The position numbers and the translations under genes are program-made. From positions 49,446 to 113,445 of the forward strand of contig PSLF01000005.1 of assembly GCA_040289475.1 (NCBI GenBank): a stretch of 64,000 nucleotides of DNA, given 5' to 3'. This DNA comes from Acidimicrobiia bacterium (GTDB taxonomy: Bacteria; Actinomycetota; Acidimicrobiia; ATN3; PSLF01). Below the pieces are notes generated by a model. It made no database searches, was not told the origin of the DNA, and was given only the letters and a program-made list of their open reading frames with translations. Shown in pieces: positions 56,614 through 64,000 of the stretch (within the stretch, counting starts at the first letter, position 1; each line of letters opens with the position of its first letter).

Positions 56614-58842
56614 GGGTAGCCCTGAATGAGGAGTGGGAACCTTGCCTGAGGAGGTTGCGGGAGCCGAATACTCCGGTATCCCGTTGTGCGAGAAAAGGGC
56701 ATACGAGTAGGGAGCTCCGTTGGTCAAACCGTAATCGACGTAAGACTTGGCTTTGCCATCAAAGATTACGGTCCCATCGGAAGGATTGGCCGGTGGCACA
56801 GTTCCTGCTTTTCGGACGACCCGTACTCCGCTGAAGTTCCCGGCGGTAGAGTAATCCCAAAACAAAAGTACTTGTCCATCTTCCTCGCGCATTACGAGAT
56901 TCGATGGAGGCGGAGGGGGAGGAAGTGGGGTGGCACTAGCGAAAGCCGGCGAGGAAAACTCCCCTGAGCCATCGTCGAAGAAAGCTCCGTAGCAATACGT
57001 CGTTCCGTTCACGACCGCCGTGTCGGTGAAAGTATTTGCAGACCCCTGGAAAACAACGGTTCCGTCGGTAGGAGAGGCAGGGCAGGCGGGTGCCAGTTTG
57101 CGTAGCAGTTTGGATGCCACCGCCGGGGTCGAATTCGTAAACCACCGAAGCCTTACCTTACTGTCTCCGGGAGTAGCTTCTAGCGTGTAGACGAGCGGGG
57201 AGAACTTATTGGCCTGGCGCTGGGGATCCCTCTTGAACTGTGGCCACGGTGCTGGCCAGGTCGGGTTCGTCTTCATAGGCGCTAGCAGCCATGCCGCTCC
57301 CCTCGAGGGGTTCTCATGAGTGCCCCCGGCCACAAACAATTCCGGTTTTCCGTCTCCGGTGAGATCTCCAACTGCAGCCGAGTTTCTGAACTGCCTTCCG
57401 TAGACGCTGCCCGGAATTCCCCATGAGTAAAACGTTGCTTGCACACCCCAGGATGCTCCTATGGCGTGTATATGCGCGTCACCGCCGCCAAAGATCGCCT
57501 CAGGGCGTGCATCTCCTACAACGTCCGCTATGATCGGCGAACCTGTGAACGGATAACTCTGGATAGCGTTTGGGTCTCCACCGTCCTGGTCTGCCAGACG
57601 CAATCCAAAGCGGTTGTAAATCGACATTTTTCCGCAGTTCCAGGTGGTAGGGGGATCCCACGGGCACTGGCGTATGTCGGCAAGTGCGACTTCGTCGTAT
57701 CCATCGCCGTCGATGTCTCCCAGAGCAGGGCTAGAGAAGATTCTTGCGTTCTGGGATGAAACGCTCACCGGCCATCCTTGAAGGTATACGATCGATTTGT
57801 CGTCGACCCAGGTGCCACCTCGGAAGCTGCTCCACAAGTCGATGGCGTGAATGCGATGCGCAGCTCCCACGTTGGTCCCGTTCTCTATGTAGTTGTTTGT
57901 GCCAAATACCGCGTCTGCCCGTCCATCTTTGTCGATATCTCCTATCGCCGGCGTAGACCAGATTGGGGTATCCATGCACTTGGGGAAGCCGGGGATCGGA
58001 TTGCCGTTGGGATCAAGCGCAAGAAGAAAGCCACGCACCAAGTACCCTGCGTAGTACTGCGGGCAGCCGAGGTGGCCGCCTGGATTGCCCCCACCCAAGT
58101 CGGTCCCGATCACGGTTGCTAAGTAGTTTTGCCCAGGAATTTTGGTGAGAGCTGGCGAAGACCAAACCGTATCAGCGATGAACACTGCCCATTTCAACTG
58201 TCCGTTCCAGCTGAGCGCTCTCACCCACATAGCAAAGTCGCCGAAAACAATCTCTGGGCGGCCGTCAGCATCGATGTCTCCGATGGCAGGGGTTGAGAAA
58301 ACCCCCTCTTTTACTTGGTAGTGGCTTCGACTGTTGGGGTTGCCGTTCCAGAAGATCCAGATGCCGCCGAAATCCTGTCTCCACGGGTCAGGGTCTCCTG
58401 GCTGGTAAAGGCGGCCTGCACCGATGACGATCTCGGAGACGCCGTTTCCATCCAAGTCGGCTATTGCAGGGGAAGAACCCATGTAAGTACCGACGCAAGC
58501 TGGAAAGCCAGGAAGACTGCCAAGCGTAGAGCTCCCGTTGTATACGAACGCATGGACGCACCCGTCATTGGTTCCCACAAATGCGGCAGGGGGTAAAGGG
58601 CCAGGCCCATCTAGGTCGGCGATCACAGGACTGGAATGGTCGAAGTTGGATCCCAGGTCGGTTCCCGGAAGGTTCGACCAGCTTCCTTGGAGTCCGATAA
58701 TTGGACTCCAAGCTATGGTCGAAAACTGTGGCACGCCGGTCAGATGGCGTGCGTGGGCTACTTTTTGAGAATCAACGAGCGCGTTCGATGAAGCTAAGAC
58801 CGCCACTACTGCGGCTACGAGAAAAGTTCGTTTTGTCCACAT
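55258..58842 (-). CDS. large secreted protein: signal peptide, about 8 FG-GAP repeats, 2 Fn3-like modules, 4 repeats of about 113 aa of unknown function
   Basis: Signal MWTKRTFLVAAVVAVLASSNALV..AHA. Repeated SPAIGDIDxDGxxE motifs, two W-containing Fn3-like segments, and four units of WYFAEGYTGPGFVEYLT...VVERPMYF. Confidence 0.8.
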   Translation of the reverse strand: MWTKRTFLVAAVVAVLASSNALVDSQKVAHARHLTGVPQFSTIAWSPIIGLQGSWSNLPGTDLGSNFDHSSPVIADLDGPGPLPPAAFVGTNDGCVHAFVYNGSSTLGSLPGFPACVGTYMGSSPAIADLDGNGVSEIVIGAGRLYQPGDPDPWRQDFGGIWIFWNGNPNSRSHYQVKEGVFSTPAIGDIDADGRPEIVFGDFAMWVRALSWNGQLKWAVFIADTVWSSPALTKIPGQNYLATVIGTDLGGGNPGGHLGCPQYYAGYLVRGFLLALDPNGNPIPGFPKCMDTPIWSTPAIGDIDKDGRADAVFGTNNYIENGTNVGAAHRIHAIDLWSSFRGGTWVDDKSIVYLQGWPVSVSSQNARIFSSPALGDIDGDGYDEVALADIRQCPWDPPTTWNCGKMSIYNRFGLRLADQDGGDPNAIQSYPFTGSPIIADVVGDARPEAIFGGGDAHIHAIGASWGVQATFYSWGIPGSVYGRQFRNSAAVGDLTGDGKPELFVAGGTHENPSRGAAWLLAPMKTNPTWPAPWPQFKRDPQRQANKFSPLVYTLEATPGDSKVRLRWFTNSTPAVASKLLRKLAPACPASPTDGTVVFQGSANTFTDTAVVNGTTYCYGAFFDDGSGEFSSPAFASATPLPPPPPPSNLVMREEDGQVLLFWDYSTAGNFSGVRVVRKAGTVPPANPSDGTVIFDGKAKSYVDYGLTNGAPYSYALFSHNGIPEYSAPATSSGKVPTPHSGLPYAFFTAEGYTGNPGFRSVHYLTLGNHEITDASVVLTLYPEGGIPVEFSTIVPKKSRRTLLTNSIVGPAKSVGVRVGVLAGPGVLLERPMYFSGDPGTGSWVADGHNAMGVRSPKTEWYFAEGYTGPGFVEYLTLLNPSAEAPSQVRLDFAFNGGVPPSSMAVTVGPQARFTVNVNSVVGGGKEVSTKVSVVSGPGVVAERAMYFVADPAVGAVVRGGHAKPGTSAPRSSWYFAEGYTGPGFVEYLTFQNPSSQPSQADVDFNFNAGLPQIKKSFGIPSNSRFTVRVNDIVGPGKEVSVKVSVPAGMPALVVERPMYFHADPALGTFVTAGHNAAGIQSPATSWLFSEGYTGGGFVEYLTVQNPSLTETAVVRFEYVFNDGGVPVTIERAIAPSSRATFNVNSDVGPWREVSARLTVRSGPDVVVERPMYFASDPALGAVVRGGTVTFGYAP

Positions 58843-58852
58843 ATCGATTTGA

Positions 58853-59566
58853 TTATCGGCGTCGGAGCCGTCGCTTTATAGCCTCCGCAGTCACCCACGC
58901 CAGTGCCTCGGCGACGATTTTTCCCGACATTTTCGATTCGCCAACTCGGCGGTCGGTGAAAGTAATGGGTACTTCTACAATGTCGGCTCCGAGAAGGAAG
59001 GCCTTGTAAGCCATCTCTATCTGGAATGCATAGCCGTTCGTACGAACCGAGTCGAGGTCTATTCGCTCTAGTATCGAGCGCGAGTAGACGCGGAAACCAG
59101 CTGTGGCATCCCTTATGGGCAGTCCTAGCGCTACAGCGGCATAAAGGTTTCCGCCTCTGCTCAGCAATAGCCTCGCTTTTGACCAGTTTTGAACCTTTCC
59201 CCCGTTGACATACCGGCTTCCGATAACTAGGTTGGAGCCGTCGCAGGCAGCGATGAGCTCTGGTAATGCCTCCGGATCGTGTGAGAAGTCGGCGTCCATT
59301 TCGACAACAGAGTCGAAGTCTCTCTGCAATGCCCACCGAAAGGCGTCTCTGTATGCGGACCCCAAACCTGCTTTAGCGGGCCTATGGAGCGCGAATACAC
59401 GACTGTCTTCTTCGGCTAACTTGTCGGCAATCTCGCCGGTTCCGTCAGGAGAGGAGTCATCGACGACGAGAATTGACGCCTCGGGGACTCTGGCTAGAAC
59501 TGACGACACGATTGCTCCTAGGCTTTGAGCTTCGTTGTATGTTGGCAGGGCTATGAGCACTTTCAT
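58853..59566 (-). CDS. ppm1: polyprenol monophosphomannose synthase (GT2, Ppm1/DPM1-like)
   Basis: LPTYNEAQS, VVDDSSPDGTG, and GSRY...DATAGFR. It lies 10 nt upstream of the FG-GAP protein gene on the same strand. Confidence 0.9.
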   Translation of the reverse strand: MKVLIALPTYNEAQSLGAIVSSVLARVPEASILVVDDSSPDGTGEIADKLAEEDSRVFALHRPAKAGLGSAYRDAFRWALQRDFDSVVEMDADFSHDPEALPELIAACDGSNLVIGSRYVNGGKVQNWSKARLLLSRGGNLYAAVALGLPIRDATAGFRVYSRSILERIDLDSVRTNGYAFQIEMAYKAFLLGADIVEVPITFTDRRVGESKMSGKIVAEALAWVTAEAIKRRLRRR

Positions 59567-61627
59567 TTGCTGATTTCACGGTCGTTGGTTGGAGTAGGGC
59601 TTTCGAAAGTGTCCCGAAGCAGACCCTTTGGGTTTTCGATAAAAAGACAGAGCCTCGCTGCAGTGGGAAGAGGTTTAGTAGTTACGTTCCTTCTCTTGGG
59701 GCTTTCAATTCTGCTTGTCATCCCTGAACGACTCGATTTCTCGCATTCGTTTCTGGAAAACCCAGGGGATCCCTCGTTGTACGTAGCGACGTGGCGTTGG
59801 CAGTGGCGTGCGCTGACGCAAGGCTACATACATCAGTTCTGGCAGGGATGGTTCTTCTACCCCAAAAGGTGGGTGATGGGATATACAGAACACATCCTCG
59901 GTCTGATGCCACTTTTCAAGGTATTCGAATGGATGTTCTCATCTGCAATTGCTGCATTCACTGCCGTCGCCGTCTCTCTTTTCATTTTCGATGGCTGGGC
60001 AGGTTACATGTTGGGAAAAAGGATAGGCCGCTCCTACGGGGCGGGCGTAGTCGGCGCTGTGGCGATGAGCTTTTCTGCTTTTCACTTCAACCAGATAGGA
60101 CACATGCATGTCAGTTCCTACTTCACCGTTCCTTTGATTTTGCTACTTCTAGAAGACCTCTTGGGAAAGCCATCGATGGCGAGGGCAATGCGACTAGGCG
60201 TGCTGTGGGGAGCCACACCGCTTTTTTCTTACTCCAGTTGGGCGATTGCGAGCGTGGCGATCCCATTCTTTGCCCTGGCATGGCTAGGGGTCAACGGGGA
60301 GCTCCGACGAAAGGATCTTTTTGAAAGTAGTGATTCTTCCGTGGATGACGCTAGCTCCGTGGGGAGGATCCAAAAATCATCGAGAGGTACTTGCGACACC
60401 GAGGGAGCTTCGTCCGCTCGCAGAATAGTTACGGGAAAACTCGTAATGTATCTAGGTGGCTCCGCTCTTGTGATGCTTGTAATAGCGGCTCCACTTTCGC
60501 TCCAGTTGATTAAGGCACGCTCAGAGGTCAACGTTACCAGATCCCCTGTCGAGATAGCGATTTACTCGGTCAAGCTATCAAACCTCTTCCAGCCTTCCGA
60601 GCGGTCCATTGCGTACAAGCACTTACCTGCACCTGTCGGCAAAAACGACAAGATGGAGACGATAGCTTACATAGGTGTATCCGGGGTGGTGCTACTTCTC
60701 ATAGGCTACTTCTGTCCGCTCGGTAGGCTCACGCTGGTACGCCTTTCTCAGCGGAGGCAAAAGAGAAACGGTGAACGCGCCAATACGAGATCGTTTTCGA
60801 ACCGGAGCGATACGCGCCCCGAAATGGATGATTTTCTCGATGCAAAGTTGGTAAAGAGGCTTACTCCCTGGCTCGTCACTGCTATTGTCGGGATCTTTTT
60901 CATGCTCGGCCCTGAAATGCGAGTTCGCAGGAGCTGGGCGGGAGTACCCGGTCCTTACAGACTTCTCACTGTGGTACCTGGACTGTCACAGTTCAGAGCC
61001 GCGGGTCGATTTTCACTTCTCGTCTATATCTTCGTAGCAGCCTGCGCAGCTTCGGCGTGGGCTCGGCTAGCGAGGCGTTCCTGGGTGGGATCGCTGTTCG
61101 TCATGGGAGTATGTGGTTTGTGGGTTTTTGAGTCCGCAATAGCGGTGGGACAGTCCGCTCCTCTTCCAGCAAACATTCGGGAGGCCCCGGTCTATGTGCG
61201 ATGGCTGGCCCAAGCCGAAAGAGGCCCCAGTGTGGAGTTGCCTATCTACGCGCCCGGCGTGCCCTCTAGTGCGGAGGCAGAAGCAGTGCGTGTGTATTTA
61301 TCTACGTACGATTGGCAGCCTCGGGTAAATGGATACTCCGGATACGAACCTGTCGGCTATCTGGATACGGTGTCGGATCTAACGACGTTTCCGGCCCAAA
61401 AAGCTATGGATCGGTTGGAGTCGTTGAGGGTCCGCTACATCGTGGTTGACTTTCCGGCACTCGCTCGCTACAGAAAAGGAGGACCGGATGCGGCTCACTA
61501 CGGCTGGGAATACCCTGACCTCAATTCTCTAGAAATTGAAATACGAAAAGAAATAGCGTCTACTCCAAAACTAGTGTTGCGCGCTGATTTCGAAGACGTA
61601 GCGATATATGAACTAACCGGACGCTAA
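59525..61627 (+). CDS. large polytopic membrane protein, possibly a GT-C-like glycosyltransferase
   Basis: More than 10 TM helices, a hydrophilic insert, and a C-terminal soluble domain. Divergent from ppm1. The true start is probably TTG/GTG between 59567 and 59663. Confidence 0.5.
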   Translation: MSFVVCWQGYEHFHLLISRSLVGVGLSKVSRSRPFGFSIKRQSLAAVGRGLVVTFLLLGLSILLVIPERLDFSHSFLENPGDPSLYVATWRWQWRALTQGYIHQFWQGWFFYPKRWVMGYTEHILGLMPLFKVFEWMFSSAIAAFTAVAVSLFIFDGWAGYMLGKRIGRSYGAGVVGAVAMSFSAFHFNQIGHMHVSSYFTVPLILLLLEDLLGKPSMARAMRLGVLWGATPLFSYSSWAIASVAIPFFALAWLGVNGELRRKDLFESSDSSVDDASSVGRIQKSSRGTCDTEGASSARRIVTGKLVMYLGGSALVMLVIAAPLSLQLIKARSEVNVTRSPVEIAIYSVKLSNLFQPSERSIAYKHLPAPVGKNDKMETIAYIGVSGVVLLLIGYFCPLGRLTLVRLSQRRQKRNGERANTRSFSNRSDTRPEMDDFLDAKLVKRLTPWLVTAIVGIFFMLGPEMRVRRSWAGVPGPYRLLTVVPGLSQFRAAGRFSLLVYIFVAACAASAWARLARRSWVGSLFVMGVCGLWVFESAIAVGQSAPLPANIREAPVYVRWLAQAERGPSVELPIYAPGVPSSAEAEAVRVYLSTYDWQPRVNGYSGYEPVGYLDTVSDLTTFPAQKAMDRLESLRVRYIVVDFPALARYRKGGPDAAHYGWEYPDLNSLEIEIRKEIASTPKLVLRADFEDVAIYELTGR

Positions 61628-61674
61628 ACCTCTGCTCAATTCACAGAACATACTAGCCCGAAAGTGCGACGAGT

Positions 61675-63246
61675 TCAGGAGCCAGTGCTAGTAGCCGGCA
61701 TCGGAGCTTCGATGTGAGTCCCTGTCGCTGTCGCCCTTTTATCGGACAACGATACCTCCTCACCCTCTTCGTGATACTCCTGTTCTACGTTCACTGACCA
61801 TACGTCATAACAAGCACCAGTAATGTTTCGCACAGCTAGCATCGCAGTGAGCATCGAATGGTCTTGATTGTTGTACTTGTGCATGCCATTTCGTCCCACC
61901 GGGTGCAGTCCATCCACAGAGTCGAGAAAATCTCTCAGAGTCTTTATTCGTTGATCGTACCCGCTGTCGTACATTGGATAGGCTTTTGGCATCCGAACCA
62001 CCCATCCGCGCTCCACTTTTCCGGGCTCTATGAGGCCTAGTTTTAGTAGTTCTTCTTCGCCTAGTTTTACGAGAGCATCGTCTGACATACTCCACAGGTC
62101 GTCGCCTTCGAAGACGAAGTACTCAAGCCCGAGGCACGTTTTTTTAGGATCCGGAACCATCTCGGGGCTCCAATTTTTGAAATTCTGAATCCGACCAAGT
62201 TTTACGTCCGGTGAGTGGATATAAATCCAGTTGTCTTCGAACAGGTTCTCTTCATTAATCACGAGAGCTACGGTTAGGAAATCTCGGTATCTAAGCCCTT
62301 GCGCGGCCTGCCTTACCGCGTCAGGCGGCGGCGGATCCATCTTGGCGACAAGCTCCTTGATGGGCATTGAAGAGATAAAGTCTGTGGCTTGAATTTCATA
62401 TGGATCCTTACCTTTAGGATGAACGATGACACCTGTAATGCGGTTTCCGTCCCATAGAATCTTCTCTACTTCCGTATCCATGCGCACTTCTATTCCATGT
62501 TGTTCAACATAGTCTTTAAATTTTTCCCACATCATTCCGGGCCCGAGACGTGGATACTCAAAACGCTCAATCAGAGTTTTAATTCCCTGCTTTTTTGGTT
62601 TGAAGACCGCATTGATAATCGCGGATGTTAGGCTAAGACCTTTGATGCGTTGAGCAGCCCATTCTGCCCGGATCTCGGTGCATGGTACGCCCCATACCTT
62701 TTCTGTATAGGTTTTAAAGAAATGCTTATATAGCCGTTGACCAAACTTGTTGATTATGTAATCTTCGAATGACTCTTCAGTGGGCCTAGGAAATAGACGG
62801 GCTTTTATGTAGCTAAGGACACATAAAAAGGCTTCGAATATCCCGAGATTGCGCAATGCATTAAAAGCACGGAGGGGATAATAGTAAAAACGACCCTTGT
62901 AATAAATGCGACTCAGTCGAGGGCGAGTAAGGAAATCATCGCCCATCATCTCGTGCCAAAGATCCTCTACTTCTTTCACCTTGGTGAAGAAACGGTGTCC
63001 GCCAATATCGAAGCGCCACCCCTCCGCATTTACGGTGCGAGCAATGCCGCCGACAACCGAGTCTTTTTCCACCACCACGCCTGGGATACCATGCTTGGTC
63101 ATTTCGTATGCCGCGGTTAGGCCGGCCGGCCCGGCGCCGCCCACTACCACAAATCGCCCAGCACGCGCGCCGACGCGTTCTTTCAAGCTAGGGTCGTCGC
63201 CTAAGATGGATCGATCTGAAGAAGCCGTATTTCCAACCACTGTCAA
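61675..63246 (-). CDS. NAD(P)/FAD-dependent oxidoreductase (amine-oxidase / UDP-galactopyranose-mutase-like fold)
   Basis: VVVGGAGPAGLTAA dinucleotide motif, GGIARTV..GWRFDIGGHRFF, and a C-terminal PVGRNGMHKYNNQDHSM. Confidence 0.8.
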   Translation of the reverse strand: MTVVGNTASSDRSILGDDPSLKERVGARAGRFVVVGGAGPAGLTAAYEMTKHGIPGVVVEKDSVVGGIARTVNAEGWRFDIGGHRFFTKVKEVEDLWHEMMGDDFLTRPRLSRIYYKGRFYYYPLRAFNALRNLGIFEAFLCVLSYIKARLFPRPTEESFEDYIINKFGQRLYKHFFKTYTEKVWGVPCTEIRAEWAAQRIKGLSLTSAIINAVFKPKKQGIKTLIERFEYPRLGPGMMWEKFKDYVEQHGIEVRMDTEVEKILWDGNRITGVIVHPKGKDPYEIQATDFISSMPIKELVAKMDPPPPDAVRQAAQGLRYRDFLTVALVINEENLFEDNWIYIHSPDVKLGRIQNFKNWSPEMVPDPKKTCLGLEYFVFEGDDLWSMSDDALVKLGEEELLKLGLIEPGKVERGWVVRMPKAYPMYDSGYDQRIKTLRDFLDSVDGLHPVGRNGMHKYNNQDHSMLTAMLAVRNITGACYDVWSVNVEQEYHEEGEEVSLSDKRATATGTHIEAPMPATSTGS

Positions 63247-63533
63247 AAGTCATCCTCACTGTTGGACAAGCTCAAGGTGGGAGTGGGCCGGACAATCCGT
63301 CCGAGCGCTTGGTCCGCGTGTCAATGAGATTCTCAGGGGGTGCATCATACACTAAGGAGGCTGGTGGGGTATCCAGGGGATTTTTCTCGATTGGATGAGC
63401 TCTGGAGTTAGGGAAAGGATGCAGGCCCAGAAGACGCTGCATTTTTCGAAGGGTTTTAACGGAACCGTAGAAAGTGGCTTACAGGTAAGCTCCATGGAAA
63501 TTTTTCTTCGGTCTAGAACATAATCTCTCACTC

Positions 63534-64000
63534 ATGCGACCGCATTTGAGACTTAGAAAACACAGTCAAGCAAAGCAAGCCCCAGGGGGCGACGGGCACG
63601 TAGACAAAAGCGAGCAAAGTGCAGCAACGCATCCGAAACGGCTACCGGACGTAGCGATACTCGGTCTAGGTGAGCCCGGAGGGGTAGACTCGCCAACCGG
63701 GGCTACGACCTCTGCACGTGGCGGAGAGGCTCACGATCTAAATTCGCCGGGTGCGATCGACCGTGTACCTGCCACGCAAGACGGCGCTTCGCTTGCAAAC
63801 CATAAAGATCAGCTAGTGAGAGATTACGCAGCGGAAGGTGGGGTTACGCCCGTGGCACTCCGACGACAAGGCAAATGTGAAGTCAGCTCTTCATCGGCGG
63901 TCACAGATACCGAGAGGGTGAAACCTCATAGATCAGCAAGGCGAATAGCCGTTTTTCTGGGGGTGTTTGTGGCCGTTGCCCTCGTGGCAGTGACGGCAAC
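63534..64000 (+). CDS. hypothetical protein, 5' part (runs off the window end)
   Basis: I translated this frame by hand from the ATG at 63534 to base 64000 and found no stop. It has a disordered N-terminus, then a TM helix (IAVFLGVFVAVALVAVTA). It is absent from the ORF track because it is incomplete. Confidence 0.4.
   Translation, partial: MRPHLRLRKHSQAKQAPGGDGHVDKSEQSAATHPKRLPDVAILGLGEPGGVDSPTGATTSARGGEAHDLNSPGAIDRVPATQDGASLANHKDQLVRDYAAEGGVTPVALRRQGKCEVSSSSAVTDTERVKPHRSARRIAVFLGVFVAVALVAVTA

Overview
This looks like a chromosomal window from a moderately GC-rich genome. The gene content resembles Actinomycetota, possibly Acidimicrobiia-like; that is an inference from MptB/Ppm1-type envelope genes, FadE-type acyl-CoA dehydrogenase pairs and an actinobacterial-type Tad locus. 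I saw no rRNA, tRNA, CRISPR array, integrase or transposase.

Layout:
- 1-17.6 kb: an acyl-CoA/lipid catabolism cluster (acyl-CoA dehydrogenases, Hsd4A-like SDR, acyl-CoA ligase, MFS transporter, LLM oxidoreductase, thiolase, amidohydrolase). It is interrupted by a sufC-sufS-sufU block that lacks sufB and sufD.
- 19.4-23.3 kb: a TroA/ZnuA-type metal ABC importer operon. Its permease is split by a +1 frameshift in an A5 run, and it ends with a second binding-protein paralog that lacks the N-lobe His ligands.
- 23.5-30.5 kb: a self-contained 2-oxoacid dehydrogenase module (lpd, E1 alpha, E1 beta, E2) followed by an in-frame LipB-LipA fusion ORF.
- 30.5-39.5 kb: mostly housekeeping genes (peptidases, PduO adenosyltransferase, rhodanese-MoeB, sirtuin).
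- 39.5-48.1 kb: two HTH genes, an AT-rich spacer, and a complete translationally coupled Tad/Flp pilus operon (cpaB, tadZ-like, cpaF, tadB, tadC, flp-like, two tadE-like, tadG-like).
- 48.2-54.3 kb: methylmalonyl-CoA mutase large subunit, biotin carboxylase/BCCP subunit and birA.
- 49.8-63.2 kb: an envelope glycosylation neighbourhood (MptB-like GT-C, ppm1, a 700-aa membrane protein, an FAD oxidoreductase). It surrounds a 1194-aa secreted FG-GAP/Fn3 protein with four C-terminal repeats.

The most interesting candidates are:
- the twin C-rich-loop structured RNA at 1681-1797;
- the unusual Flp-like precursor and Walker-A-degenerate TadZ in the Tad locus;
- the LipB-LipA fusion;
- the ligand-poor binding-protein paralog together with the frameshifted permease;
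- the perfect 20-nt tandem repeat in the acc/birA spacer;
- the ppm1-linked giant repeat protein.

All functional calls rest on motif recognition by eye. No database search was run.
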